Shown here: piece by piece, positions 46,281-56,424 of the stretch
How the letters are laid out: every line of letters starts with the position of its first letter
How positions within the stretch are numbered: position 1 is the first letter of the stretch
Source: an uncultured Solirubrobacterales bacterium
GTDB lineage: Bacteria > Actinomycetota > Thermoleophilia > Solirubrobacterales > Solirubrobacteraceae
Length of the DNA stretch: 64,000 nucleotides
Direction of reading: 5' to 3'
Assembly: GCA_963794715.1 (NCBI GenBank)
Contig: CAWCEY010000009.1
Span: forward strand, 94,385-158,384
The notes under the pieces: model-generated
Told to the model about the DNA's origin: nothing
Seen by the model: only the letters and a program-made list of their open reading frames with translations
Database searches by the model: none
Position numbers and translations under genes: made by a program

Positions 46281-47014
46281 CTTTGCCAGGCGCCGAATAA
46301 TAAGCCGCTCGTCAATTTGCTTAACATATCCGCTTTGAACGTCACCGTGGCGCCGGCCATTTCCAGCCCGACTTTCACGGCTTTGCCTTCTTGTTCCACT
46401 TCGGTGATCGCCGGTTCGGTGCACATGATTAAGGCGGTCGATTCTTCGACTTCCTGATGGGTATCCGCGCACGCCACGCCATATTTGGCTTCTTTGGCGA
46501 CCTTGATTTCAGTGCCCGCTAAGGCGTATATACAGGTTTCGCCGGATTTGCTTGTGATGGTGAGCTTGGAAAACGCAGACCCCGTCGCCGGACGGTAATC
46601 GACCAATATCGGTTTTGGTTCACTGCCGCCGAGTAAGTGATCGAGTTCGGCCAGCACTTTGCTCTTTTCCAACGTAACCACACAGGCCGCACTTAATTTG
46701 CCTTCGACTTCGAGTCCGCATTCTTTATATTCGATGCTCCCTTCGCCTTTGCCGGGGTTACCGCCGAGGATTAAGCCTTCGGTGGTGAAGGCTTTGCATA
46801 GGATGATGAGTTTTTTACCGAGGATCGTTGTGCTCATCGTTGCTGTGGATCCGGCAAAATTTTCTCCCGTGAACGCGGCTTTTTCGCCGGCAAGGAAGGT
46901 TTTTGAATTGACATGCCAGACCGGCCCTTCCTGCGCCGATGCGACGGCCGACGCCGACGCGCTGGCGATGAGTACCGCCGCCAGCGCCAACAGGGCTGCA
47001 CGTAGTTTGAACAT
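46277..47014 (-). CDS. Low-GC secreted beta-rich hypothetical protein
   Basis: AAGGAG RBS; signal peptide; several Cys; markedly AT-richer than its flanks. Confidence 0.8.
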   Translation of the reverse strand: MFKLRAALLALAAVLIASASASAVASAQEGPVWHVNSKTFLAGEKAAFTGENFAGSTATMSTTILGKKLIILCKAFTTEGLILGGNPGKGEGSIEYKECGLEVEGKLSAACVVTLEKSKVLAELDHLLGGSEPKPILVDYRPATGSAFSKLTITSKSGETCIYALAGTEIKVAKEAKYGVACADTHQEVEESTALIMCTEPAITEVEQEGKAVKVGLEMAGATVTFKADMLSKLTSGLLFGAWQS

Positions 47015-47167
47015 AATGTTTTTATCTCCTTCTAACTCGGCGGAACGCCGAGATTATGGGTAGGAAGAGGGAGCCACCCCAACCACTTGGGGCAGCGCCC
47101 CCGATTGCTTTATCGATCTCCCCCGCCGTCCACCTCACGTCCGGGTCCAGCGGGCGAGGTGATGAGC

Positions 47168-47196
47168 AGTATGGTCTCCCCACTGGGGGAAGTCAA
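47168..47196 (-). promoter_or_regulatory. Promoter TTGACT-N17-CATACT with a TCCCC-N4-GGGGA palindrome in the spacer
   Basis: Reverse complement of AGTCAA 47191-47196 and AGTATG 47168-47173. Confidence 0.65.
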
Positions 47197-47222
47197 CGGC
47201 CCGGCCGACCCGGGCGGGCGCC

Positions 47223-49070
47223 CTACGCGTACATCGCCTCGATCTCCGCCCCGTACTTGGCGGCGATCGGCTTGCGCTTGAGCTTCATCGTGGGCGTGAG
47301 CTCATCCTCTCCGGGGAGCCAGTCGCCGGGGACGATCGTGAACTTCTTGATCTGCTCGACGCGTGCCAGGCGTGTGTTGGCGGCGTCGATCGCCTCCTGC
47401 ACGGCCTCGCGCACGGGAGGCTCGCCCGCGAGCTGCTCCAGCGTGCGGCCCTCCAGGCCGTGCTGTGAAGCCCACATCGGGGCGAAGTCGGCGTCGAGGA
47501 CGATCAGCGCGGTGTTGTAGGGGCGACTGTCGCCGATCGCGCAGGCCTGGCCGATCAGCGGCGAGGCGCTCTTGACGGCCGCCTCGATGTTGGCGGGCGA
47601 CATGTTCTTGCCGGCGGCGTTGATGATCAGCTCCTTCTTGCGGTCGACGATCCGCAGGTAGCCGTCCGCGTCGAGTTCGCCCACGTCGCCGGTGTGCAGC
47701 CAGCCATCGGGGTCGATCGTCTCGGCGGTCTTCTCGGGGTCGCCGCGATAGCCAAGCATCACCGTCTCGCCGCGCACCAGCACCTCGCCATCCTCGGCGA
47801 GCGAGATCTCCACGCCCGGGGCCGGCGGGCCGACCGTGCCGAGCTTGATTCGCTCCGGCGGGTTGACGCAGCCGGCGCCGCAGGTCTCCGACATCCCCCA
47901 CAGCTCGGCGAGCGGAATGCCGATCGCGTGGAAGAACTCCAGCACCTCCAGCGGTGTGGGAGCGGCGCCGACGTTGACCGCGCGCACCTCGTCAAAGCCC
48001 AGCATCGCGCGCAGTCCGGCGAAGATCTGCTCGTCGGCGGCGGCCACCTCGGCGGCGAGCTCCGCCGGGACCGGCTGGCCGCGCTGCTCCAGGCGCACCT
48101 TCTCGATCGCGGCGGCCAGCGCGCGCTCGGTGCGCTCGCGCTGCTCCCGCGGCTGGCCGGCGATCATCGTCTCCAGGCCCGCCTTCAGCTTCTCCCAGAT
48201 GCGCGGCACCGCGAAAAACCACTGGGGGCGGACGTCGGGCAGGTAGGAGAGCACCTGGCGGGGGTCGGGGCAGCAGGTGATCTGCATGCCGTACACGATC
48301 GGCACGTAGTGGTGGGCGTTGCGCTCGGCCACGTGCGCGGCGGGCAGCCACGAGATCACGCGCGACTGCGGCGGAAACTGCACCAGCTGCTCGATGCCGG
48401 CGACGGTGTGCATCAGGTTGCTGTGGGAGAGCTGCACGCCCTTCGGCGGCCCGGTGGTGCCGGAGGTGTAGATCAGCGTCAGCACATCCTGTGGCCCAAC
48501 CCGCGCGGCTGCCTCCTGCACGGCGGCCTGCGTCTGCGGGTCGCGTCCGAAGGCCTCCACCTCAGCCAGCGTGAGCACGCCGTCGGTGAGCGACTCTTCC
48601 TCGGGCAGGTCCACGACGATCACGCGCTCCAGCCGCGGCAGCCTGGCGCGGACCTCCAGCATCCGCTCCAGGTACTGGCGCTCGATCACCGCGATGCGCG
48701 TGTCGGCGTCGCAGAGCAGGAACTCGATCTGGTTGGGGGCGTAGGTCTGGTAGATCGAGTACGGCGTCGCGCCCAGCGTGACCGCCGCCAGGTCCACGAC
48801 GTGGAACTCGGGCCGGTTGGTGAGCATGATCGCGAGCGTCTCCCCGCGCGCCAGCCCCAGCTTGTGCAGCCCTCCGGCGAGGTCGCGCACGCGCCGGTGC
48901 CACTGCGCCCAGGTGAGGGTCTGCTCGTCGCCTTTGGTGCGGATCGCCACGCGATCGGCGAGCGCGGCGCTGGTGATCTCGAACGCCTCCACGATCGTGG
49001 CGGCGTGCGCCGCCGAGTGACCCTCCCGCTCGGTCGCAGGCTCGGTCGTGCCAGTGGCCGGGTCGCTCAT
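47223..49070 (-). CDS. Long-chain fatty acid--CoA ligase
   Basis: YTSGTTGPPKG; WGMSET; WLHTGD; RKKELIINAAGKN. Confidence 0.93.
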   Translation of the reverse strand: MSDPATGTTEPATEREGHSAAHAATIVEAFEITSAALADRVAIRTKGDEQTLTWAQWHRRVRDLAGGLHKLGLARGETLAIMLTNRPEFHVVDLAAVTLGATPYSIYQTYAPNQIEFLLCDADTRIAVIERQYLERMLEVRARLPRLERVIVVDLPEEESLTDGVLTLAEVEAFGRDPQTQAAVQEAAARVGPQDVLTLIYTSGTTGPPKGVQLSHSNLMHTVAGIEQLVQFPPQSRVISWLPAAHVAERNAHHYVPIVYGMQITCCPDPRQVLSYLPDVRPQWFFAVPRIWEKLKAGLETMIAGQPREQRERTERALAAAIEKVRLEQRGQPVPAELAAEVAAADEQIFAGLRAMLGFDEVRAVNVGAAPTPLEVLEFFHAIGIPLAELWGMSETCGAGCVNPPERIKLGTVGPPAPGVEISLAEDGEVLVRGETVMLGYRGDPEKTAETIDPDGWLHTGDVGELDADGYLRIVDRKKELIINAAGKNMSPANIEAAVKSASPLIGQACAIGDSRPYNTALIVLDADFAPMWASQHGLEGRTLEQLAGEPPVREAVQEAIDAANTRLARVEQIKKFTIVPGDWLPGEDELTPTMKLKRKPIAAKYGAEIEAMYA

Positions 49071-50176
49071 CCGCCGAGCCGTCCAATGTCGTTGCTGACG
49101 CCGTTGATGACAAGAAAAGCTAGCAACACGATCCCGATCGAGCTGAAGCGCCACATCGCGGCGAGCGACACGCGCCGGCCGCGCACCTTCTCGGCGAGCG
49201 ACCACAGCACGTGGCCGCCGTCGAGCGGCAGGAACGGGAAGAGGTTGACGATCGCCAGCGCCAGCGAGACGAAGCCGATGATCACGAGCGCATAGCCGGC
49301 GCCGGCGGTGACCGCTTCCTGGGTCACCACCGTGATCCCGACGATGCTGCTGAATTCGTGGCGCACCTTCGGGTTGGTGAAGGCATGGCTGATGTTGGTG
49401 AGCGTGTGGGCGGTGATCCCCCACATCTCCCCAAGCGCCGCGCCGGCGGCGGCGAACGGGCCGTAGTGCTTGGCGGTGGCGCCGAAGCCGAGACCGAGCA
49501 GCATACGGTGCAGCTGGGCGCTGTAGCGGGGGTACACCGTGAGCGAGACCGTTCCTCCCGCACGCCTGACGGTCAGGTGCGCGGGCGTCGCCGCGCGGCA
49601 CCCATCGCGCGGCGTCCCCGCGCAGCGATGGGCGCCGATCGCCCTAACCGCGGAGGCCTCATTCACGCGCCGCCCATCGATCGCGACGATCCGGTCGCCC
49701 AGCCTCAGCGTCCCGTAGGCGGGCTGGCCCTTCTCCAGCGACACCACGCTGGTACCGGGGATGCGCGTGTGGATCGAGGGGTTGAGGCGTTCAAGCGTGC
49801 TGACGCCGGCGAAGCTGCCCGAGAAGAGGATCGCCCAGAACAGGACGAAGGCGATCAGCAGGTTGACGCCCGGGCCGGCGAGGATCACGGCGATGCGCTT
49901 CCACGGCGGCTGGTTGTAGTAGGCGTGCCTTGCCACCTCCGGGTCGAGCCCCTCCAGTTCCTGGGGGCTCATCCCGGTGATCTTCACGAACCCCCCGGCG
50001 GGGATGGCGCCGATCATGTACTCCGTTTCCCCCCTGCGGAAGCCCACGATCTTCGGCGGGAAGAACAGCGAGAAGCGCTCCACGCGCATCCCGGTCGCCT
50101 TGGCGACGGCGAAGTGCCCCGCCTCGTGCAGGATCACGAGCGCGGAGATGCCAAGAATCGTGAGCAGCCAGCTCAT
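49067..50176 (-). CDS. rseP: Site-2 intramembrane metalloprotease RseP
   Basis: HEAGH; AGPGVN; PDZ-like segment; NLFPFLPLDGG. Confidence 0.93.
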   Translation of the reverse strand: MSWLLTILGISALVILHEAGHFAVAKATGMRVERFSLFFPPKIVGFRRGETEYMIGAIPAGGFVKITGMSPQELEGLDPEVARHAYYNQPPWKRIAVILAGPGVNLLIAFVLFWAILFSGSFAGVSTLERLNPSIHTRIPGTSVVSLEKGQPAYGTLRLGDRIVAIDGRRVNEASAVRAIGAHRCAGTPRDGCRAATPAHLTVRRAGGTVSLTVYPRYSAQLHRMLLGLGFGATAKHYGPFAAAGAALGEMWGITAHTLTNISHAFTNPKVRHEFSSIVGITVVTQEAVTAGAGYALVIIGFVSLALAIVNLFPFLPLDGGHVLWSLAEKVRGRRVSLAAMWRFSSIGIVLLAFLVINGVSNDIGRLGG

Positions 50177-50274
50177 CTGCTCAGTGTGGCAGGCCGTGGC
50201 GAGACTTCACGAGAGTTGGATGCGCGGGGCGCCCAGAGGCAGATCGGGCAACCACCGATCCACGGTCCCACTGC

Positions 50275-51426
50275 TCACGCCAGCGCTGCGACCGCCTCGC
50301 TCGCAAGGGCGCGCGCCTCGCGGTCGGCCTCGTACAGCGACTCGAAGGCGCGCACTGGCGCGGCGGGGAGCCGCTGCAGCGTCGCTTCGATCACGGCGGG
50401 GATGCCGCTGAAGGGCAGACCGTCGTTGACGAAGGCGTGCACGGCGACCTCGTTGGCGGCGTTCAGCACGCACGGCGCGGTGCCGCCCGCGATCGCCGCC
50501 TCGCGCGCGATGCGCAGGCAGGGGAAGGCGTGGAGATCGGCCGCCTCGAAGGTCAACTCCCCGACCTGCACGAGATCGAGGGGCGCGATCGGGAGCTCCA
50601 CGCTCTCGCCCCCGTGCAGCGCGTAGGAGATCGCCACGCGCATGTCGCGCGGGCCGATGTGGGCGAGCATCGCGCCGTCGGCCAGCTGGACCAGGCCGTG
50701 GACGAGCGACTGCGGGTGGACCACCACGTCGATGCGCTCGTAGGGGGTGCCAAACAGATGGTGGGCCTCCATCAGCTCCAGGCCCTTGTTCATCAGCGTG
50801 GCCGACCCGATCGTGTTCATGCTCCCCATCTCCCAGGTCGGGTGGGCGAGTGCCTGCGTGACCGTCACCTCTCGCAGCCGCGCGGGCGTGTAGCCGCGAA
50901 AGGGGCCGCCGGAGGCGGTGATCGTGATGCGCTCCACCGCTCCCGGTGGCTGTCCAGCGAGCAGCTGGTGCAGCGCCGTGTGCTCGGAGTCGACGGGGAT
51001 GATCTGCGCGCCGGTGGCTTGCGCCAGCGCGGTGACCAGCTCGCCGCCGACCACGAGGGACTCCTTGTTGGCGAGCGCGAGGTCGATTCCCTCGCCGAGC
51101 GTCGCCACGGTGGGCCCGAGGCCGGCGGAGCCGACGAGCGCGTTGAGCACCAGATCGGCGCCCGACTCCACCACCAGCCGCACGAGGCCCTCCGCACCGT
51201 GGAGCACCTCCCCCCCGGTCCACGCCTCGGCGGCGCGGGCGGCGGCATGAGGCTCGACCAGCGCGATCCGACTCACGCCGTGCTTGGAGGCCTGCGCCAG
51301 CAGCGCGTCCCAGGAGCGCTCGGCGGAGAGCCCCACCAGCTCGAACTGGTCGCTGCGGCCCACGATGTCGAGCGCCTGCTTGCCGATCGAGCCGGTGGAG
51401 CCGAGGATCAGCAGGCGCTTGGGCAT
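50275..51426 (-). CDS. dxr: 1-deoxy-D-xylulose-5-phosphate reductoisomerase
   Basis: LGSTGSIG; LANKES; PVDSEH; NKGLE. Confidence 0.96.
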   Translation of the reverse strand: MPKRLLILGSTGSIGKQALDIVGRSDQFELVGLSAERSWDALLAQASKHGVSRIALVEPHAAARAAEAWTGGEVLHGAEGLVRLVVESGADLVLNALVGSAGLGPTVATLGEGIDLALANKESLVVGGELVTALAQATGAQIIPVDSEHTALHQLLAGQPPGAVERITITASGGPFRGYTPARLREVTVTQALAHPTWEMGSMNTIGSATLMNKGLELMEAHHLFGTPYERIDVVVHPQSLVHGLVQLADGAMLAHIGPRDMRVAISYALHGGESVELPIAPLDLVQVGELTFEAADLHAFPCLRIAREAAIAGGTAPCVLNAANEVAVHAFVNDGLPFSGIPAVIEATLQRLPAAPVRAFESLYEADREARALASEAVAALA

Positions 51427-51470
51427 ATGGGTGCTCGAACTCACGAACGCGCCCCGCACACGTTGGCGCA

Positions 51471-51496
51471 CTTCATTTTGTAAATGGTTGGAGTCC
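51471..51496. repeat. Solo copy of the 3566-3591 AT-rich unit
   Basis: CTTCATTTTGTAAATGGTTGGAGTCC, 24/26 identical to CTTCATTTTGTAAAGGGTTGGGGTCC. Confidence 0.75.
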
Positions 51497-51530
51497 GTTT
51501 CGATGACATCACTGCCCGCCCTGCCTGCCC

Positions 51531-52325
51531 TCACACATACGCCAGCCAGATGTAATAGCCGACCACGGCCGTAAACAGCACCGCGTCGAGGCGGTCCAGG
51601 GCACCGCCGTGCGCGCCGAACAGGCCGCCGGCGTCCTTGACGCCCGCATGGCGCTTGAGGAAGGACTCGAACAGGTCGCCCAGCGGGCCGGCGAGCGCGA
51701 TGCCGGCGCCGAGCACCAGCGCGTGCGTGCCGGGCAGCCATTCCTGGTAGCGCCCCGCCAGCCACACGGCGGCGACGGCGCAGATCATGCCGGCCACCAG
51801 CCCCTCCACGGTCTTGCCGGGTGAGACAGCCGGCGCGAGCGGGCGGCGGCCGAACAGGCGCCCCCCCAGGTAGGCGCCGGTGTCGCCGAGGAAGGTGCCG
51901 ATCAGCACGTCGATCACGATCCCCTCGCCGTGCGGCAGCTGGCGCAGCATCACCGCGTGGGCGAGCGCGAGGCCGATCCAGAAGATCCCCAGCAGCGTGA
52001 TCGCGAGACCGGCGACGGAGGGGCGGGGCTGGCGCAGGGTCAGCAGGAACAGCAACGGCAGCGAGGCGACCGCGGCGAGCAGCACCTGCGAGGGCCCGCC
52101 GTACAGCGCGGCGGCGATCAAACCGGCGAGCGCGACGAAGCCGGCGAGGCGCACCGGGTGGGTGCGCGCGTACATGGCGCACAGCTCGTGCATGCATACC
52201 CAGGCGAGCACCAGCACGCCGAGCGCGAAGATCAAGCCGCCCTCGATCACGATGAACAGCGCGAACGCGATTGCCGGCAGCGCGGCGAGGACGCGCGCGG
52301 CGAGGTCGGAGCGCCCGGCGCTCAC
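51531..52325 (-). CDS. cdsA: Phosphatidate cytidylyltransferase
   Basis: DTGAY; SPGKTVEG; GDLFESFLKR; HGGALDRLD. Confidence 0.95.
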   Translation of the reverse strand: MSAGRSDLAARVLAALPAIAFALFIVIEGGLIFALGVLVLAWVCMHELCAMYARTHPVRLAGFVALAGLIAAALYGGPSQVLLAAVASLPLLFLLTLRQPRPSVAGLAITLLGIFWIGLALAHAVMLRQLPHGEGIVIDVLIGTFLGDTGAYLGGRLFGRRPLAPAVSPGKTVEGLVAGMICAVAAVWLAGRYQEWLPGTHALVLGAGIALAGPLGDLFESFLKRHAGVKDAGGLFGAHGGALDRLDAVLFTAVVGYYIWLAYV

Positions 52326-52341
52326 CCTCGACCCCCGGAGT

Positions 52342-53127
52342 TCATCGCCCGCCGAAGCGCCGCCGCCGGGCGCTGAACTCGGCGAGCGACTGCTGCAGCG
52401 CCGCGCGCGTGAAGTCCGGCCACAGCTCCTCGCGGAAGACGAGCTCGGAGTAGGCCGACTGCCACAAAAGGTAGTTGGAGAGCCGCCGCTCGCCGCTGGT
52501 GCGGATGATCAGGTCGGGGTCGTGCATCTCCGGCGCGTACAGGCAGCGGCGGAAGCGCTCCTCGATCGACCCGGCCTCCCCGCCTGCCTCCGCCGCCCCG
52601 ATCGGCCCAGCGCCCTCGCCCGCGGAGTCCAGCGCGCGTAGCTCTGCCGCGAAGCGCCGTGCCGCGTCGAGGATCTCCGCGCGCCCGCCGTAGTTGAAGG
52701 CGACGAACATCGTGATCGTGGAGTTGGCGTCGGTGAGTTCCTCCGCCCAGCGCATCTGCTCGACGAGCTCCGCGGGGAGCTGCTCGCGACGGCCGATGAA
52801 GCGCATCCGCACGCCCTCGGCGTGCAGCTCGGGGGTCTCGCCGGCGATCCGCCGCGAGAACATCTCGAACAACCCCTGCACCTCCTCCGGCGAGCGCGAC
52901 CAGTTCTCGGTGGAGAAGGAGTACACCGTCAGCTCCTCGATCCCGAACTCCACGGCGTCGCGCAGGCGCGCCTTGACCGTGTCGGCTCCGGCCTCGTGCC
53001 CCGCGTTGACGGGCAGTCCGCGCCCGCGCGCCCAGCGGCCGTTGCCGTCGGTGATGATCGCCACGTAGCGAGCGTGCGCGGATTGCTCTGCGCGCGCGGA
53101 TGCCGCGGCCGGGTCGGCGCCCGCCAT
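52342..53127 (-). CDS. uppS: Polyprenyl diphosphate synthase
   Basis: DGNGRWA; FSTENWSR; DLIIRTSGERRLSNYLLWQ. Confidence 0.95.
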   Translation of the reverse strand: MAGADPAAASARAEQSAHARYVAIITDGNGRWARGRGLPVNAGHEAGADTVKARLRDAVEFGIEELTVYSFSTENWSRSPEEVQGLFEMFSRRIAGETPELHAEGVRMRFIGRREQLPAELVEQMRWAEELTDANSTITMFVAFNYGGRAEILDAARRFAAELRALDSAGEGAGPIGAAEAGGEAGSIEERFRRCLYAPEMHDPDLIIRTSGERRLSNYLLWQSAYSELVFREELWPDFTRAALQQSLAEFSARRRRFGGR

Positions 53128-53696
53128 CAGACTTCGAGGATCTCCTCTTCCTTGGCCTTCAACACCCCGTCGAGGTCAGCAACGCGGGCGTCGGTGAGCT
53201 TCTGCAGCTCCACCTCGGCGCGGTGCTCGTCATCGGAGCCGGCCTCGCCGGCCTCCTTGAGTTCGCGCAGGTCGTGCATGGTGTCGCGGCGCACGTTGCG
53301 GATCTTCACGCGGCCCTCCTCGATCAGGTGGCGCACGACCTTCACCAGCTCGCGGCGGCGTTCCTCGGTGAGCTCGGGCACCACCAGGCGCACGACGTTG
53401 CCGTCGTTGGAGGGGTTGAGCCCGACGTCGGACTCGTTGATGGCCTTCTCGATGAACTTGATGGAGGACTTGTCGTAGGGCTGCACGGTGAGCAGCCGCG
53501 CCTCGGGCGCGGAGATGGTGGCGAGCTGATTGAGCGGCGTGGGCGCGCCGTAGTAGTCGACCACCACGCGCTCCAGCAGCGCGGGGGACGCACGGCCGGT
53601 ACGCACGGTGGCGAGCTCGTGCTGGGTGGCCTCCACGGACTTGGCCATCCGCCCGCGCGCGTCCTCGATCAGCTCGTCGATTATCTCAGCGGCCAT
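53127..53696 (-). CDS. frr: Ribosome recycling factor
   Basis: VRTGRASP; YYGAPTPLNQLA; PELTEERR. Confidence 0.96.
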   Translation of the reverse strand: MAAEIIDELIEDARGRMAKSVEATQHELATVRTGRASPALLERVVVDYYGAPTPLNQLATISAPEARLLTVQPYDKSSIKFIEKAINESDVGLNPSNDGNVVRLVVPELTEERRRELVKVVRHLIEEGRVKIRNVRRDTMHDLRELKEAGEAGSDDEHRAEVELQKLTDARVADLDGVLKAKEEEILEV

Positions 53697-53749
53697 CGTG
53701 ACGAAGACCTCCCTCGCCGGCTGGGGTTGCGGCGGCAGTTCCGTAAAGC

Positions 53750-54502
53750 TCAACCATGACCGCTACTGCCCTCCTCCTCGCTCGGAGTTGTCGATACAAG
53801 CGTGCCCACCCGCTCACCGGAGATTATCCGCGAGATGGAACGCTCGTCGTCCATGTTGAAGACGTTGAGCGGCATCCCGTTCTCCATGCACAGCGCCAGC
53901 GCCGTGGAGTCCATCACGCGCAAACGGCGCTCCAGCGCCTCCATGTGGGTGATCTCGGGGATGAACCGCGCGGTGGGGTCGAGCGCGGGGTCGGCGGTGT
54001 AGACGCCCTCGACGCCGTTCTTGGCCATCAGGATGATCTCGGCGTGCACCTCGGCGGCGCGCAGCGCGGCGGCGGTGTCGGTGGTGAAGAACGGGTTGCC
54101 GGTGCCGGCGGCGAAGATCACGACGCGTCCCTTCTCCAGATGGCGCATGGCGCGGCGGCGGATGTAGGGCTCGGCGACCTCGGAGATGGCCAGCGCCGAC
54201 TGCACGCGCGTGTCGGTGCCGCTCTTCTCCAGCGCGTCCTGCAGCGGCAGCGCGTTGAGCACGGTGGCAAGCATCCCCATGTAGTCGGCGGTCGAGCGGT
54301 CCATCCCGGCGGCGGCGCCCTGCATGCCGCGGTAGATGTTGCCGGCCCCCACCACGATCCCCACCTCGACCCCGCGGTCGCGCACCTCGCTCACCTGGCG
54401 GGCCACGGCGGCCACGCGCGCGGGGTCGGTGCCGAACTCGAGCTCCCCCATCAGCGCCTCGCCGGAGAGCTTCAGGAGGATCCGTTTGAACGCGGGTGCC
54501 AT
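53750..54502 (-). CDS. pyrH: UMP kinase
   Basis: LLKLSGEAL; GTGNPFFTTDTAAALRA. Confidence 0.96.
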   Translation of the reverse strand: MAPAFKRILLKLSGEALMGELEFGTDPARVAAVARQVSEVRDRGVEVGIVVGAGNIYRGMQGAAAGMDRSTADYMGMLATVLNALPLQDALEKSGTDTRVQSALAISEVAEPYIRRRAMRHLEKGRVVIFAAGTGNPFFTTDTAAALRAAEVHAEIILMAKNGVEGVYTADPALDPTARFIPEITHMEALERRLRVMDSTALALCMENGMPLNVFNMDDERSISRIISGERVGTLVSTTPSEEEGSSGHG

Positions 54503-54610
54503 CGCGGGAGAGCCTATCGTGTGCATTTGGTGGGCATCCGCGCGGGGGACCGCTTCGGCGAACGCGGTTGGGGCGGGGCCTCCGTGCCCCGCTGCCACAG
54601 TGGCTGTGGT

Positions 54611-55216
54611 CTATTGGCCGACGGCAAACCGCACGAAGCGGCGGATCACGACGTTCTCGCCGGTCTTGGCGGTGAGCTCGTCGCGCAGCTGCTGCACGGT
54701 CTTGCCCTCGAACTTGGGGTGGTGGAGCTCCTGCTCGAGCAGGACGATCGTGCCGTACCAGGCGTCCAGCTTCCCGGTGACGATCCGCTCGCGCACGTTC
54801 TCGGGCTTGTCAGCGGCCTCCTGCTCGTAGATGCGGGCCTCCGCGTCGCGTGCCTGCGCGGGGACCTCCTCGCGGCTGACGTAGGCCACGGTGGGGCTGG
54901 CGGCGATCTGCATCGCCACGTCACGGGCGAAGCCGGTGAAGTCCTCGTTGTTGGCCACGAAGTCGGTGTTGCAGTCCACCTCGATCAGCACTCCCACCTT
55001 GGCGCCGGGGTGGATGTAGGCCTGCACCGTGCCCTCGGTCGCCACGCGCTCGCCGAGATCCTGGATCTTCTTGCCCTGGCGCAACCGCAGAATCTCGATC
55101 GCCTTCTCAAGGTCTCCCGCCGCCTCGGTGAGCGCCTTCTTGCAGTCCATCATCCCCGCGCCGGTGCGCTCGCGCAGAGCCTTCACGTCTTTGGCGCTGA
55201 TCTCCACAGCGTTCAT
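54611..55216 (-). CDS. tsf: Elongation factor Ts (short form)
   Basis: VKALRERTGAGMMDCKKAL; CNTDFVA. Confidence 0.96.
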   Translation of the reverse strand: MNAVEISAKDVKALRERTGAGMMDCKKALTEAAGDLEKAIEILRLRQGKKIQDLGERVATEGTVQAYIHPGAKVGVLIEVDCNTDFVANNEDFTGFARDVAMQIAASPTVAYVSREEVPAQARDAEARIYEQEAADKPENVRERIVTGKLDAWYGTIVLLEQELHHPKFEGKTVQQLRDELTAKTGENVVIRRFVRFAVGQ

Positions 55217-56424
55217 GCTTGGGCCTCCTCAGGGGTCTCGACGGCGGCAGCGGCGCCATCAGGCTGGGCTTCGACCAGAGGCGGGACCGCGACGCTCTCG
55301 GGCGTCTCCGGGGCGGCAGCCTGCTCGGGCGGCTTGACCTCGGCGACGGGCGGCTCCGGGACCACAGGGGCTGGGGACTCGGCAGCCGGCGACTCTGAAG
55401 CCTCAGGGACTGGGGACTCGGCAGCCGGCGACTCTGAAGCCGCCGGAGAAGCTGGCGCCTGCTTGGGTGCTGCTTGCACCGGCGACGGGGGCACCGCCTG
55501 GGGCTGTGCTGGCGCCTCCTTAGCCGGTGAGGCTGACTGCGCCGGAGGCGCAGCCTCGGCAGCAGCGGCGGCGGCTGCCGCCGCCTGCTGCGCCGCGAGG
55601 CGTTCCTGTGCCTGCTGGGCCGCCTGCTCCTCGGCCTCGCGGCGCGCTGCCTCTTCCTCCGCTTCGCGTTTGGCGCGGGCCTCCGCCTCGATCCGGGCGC
55701 GCTCTTCGGCTTCCTGACGGGCACGTTCCTCCTCGGCGCGGAAAACGTTGCGGCCCTCCGCAACCACATCACCGATCGCGCGGGTGATCAGCGAGCAGGA
55801 GCGGATCGCGTCGTCGTTGCCCGGAACCACAAAGTCGATCCCATCGGGGTCGCAGTTGGTGTCGACCAGGCCGATGATCGGGATCCGCAGCCGCTGCGCC
55901 TCGCGCACCGCGATCGCCTCGGTTTTGAGGTCGATCACGAACATCGCGTCGGGGACACGCTGCATGTCTTTGACCCCGCCAAGGTTGGCGCGCAGCTTCA
56001 GCAGGTCGGCCTGGCGGGCCATCCGCTCGCGGGTGGGCAGCAGCGCGAGCTGACCGTCGGCCTCGTAACGTTCCAGGTCGTGCAGGCGGCGGATGCGCAG
56101 GTTGATGGTCTGGAAGTTGGTCAGCAGCCCCCCCAGCCAGCGGTGGTTGACGTACGGCATGCCGGCGGCGGTGGCGACGTCGCGGACGATGTCGCGCGCC
56201 TGCTTCTTGGTGCCCACAAACAGCACGGTGCCGCCGCGGTGGGCGAGCGTGCCCGCAAACTCGCGCGCCTGCTCCAGCAGCACAGCGGTCTTCAACAGAT
56301 CGATGATGTAGATGCCGCCGCGCTCGCCATGGATGAAGCGGCGCATCTTGGGGTTCCAGCGGCGTGTCTGATGGCCGAAGTGAACCCCGGCCTCCAGCAG
56401 TTCCGCGATGCCTACCTGTGCCAC
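55213..56424 (-). CDS. rpsB: 30S ribosomal protein S2 with a long low-complexity C-terminal tail
   Basis: LLEAGVHFGHQTRRWNPKM; GTG start after AAGGGAG RBS. Confidence 0.96.
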   Translation of the reverse strand: MAQVGIAELLEAGVHFGHQTRRWNPKMRRFIHGERGGIYIIDLLKTAVLLEQAREFAGTLAHRGGTVLFVGTKKQARDIVRDVATAAGMPYVNHRWLGGLLTNFQTINLRIRRLHDLERYEADGQLALLPTRERMARQADLLKLRANLGGVKDMQRVPDAMFVIDLKTEAIAVREAQRLRIPIIGLVDTNCDPDGIDFVVPGNDDAIRSCSLITRAIGDVVAEGRNVFRAEEERARQEAEERARIEAEARAKREAEEEAARREAEEQAAQQAQERLAAQQAAAAAAAAAEAAPPAQSASPAKEAPAQPQAVPPSPVQAAPKQAPASPAASESPAAESPVPEASESPAAESPAPVVPEPPVAEVKPPEQAAAPETPESVAVPPLVEAQPDGAAAAVETPEEAQA

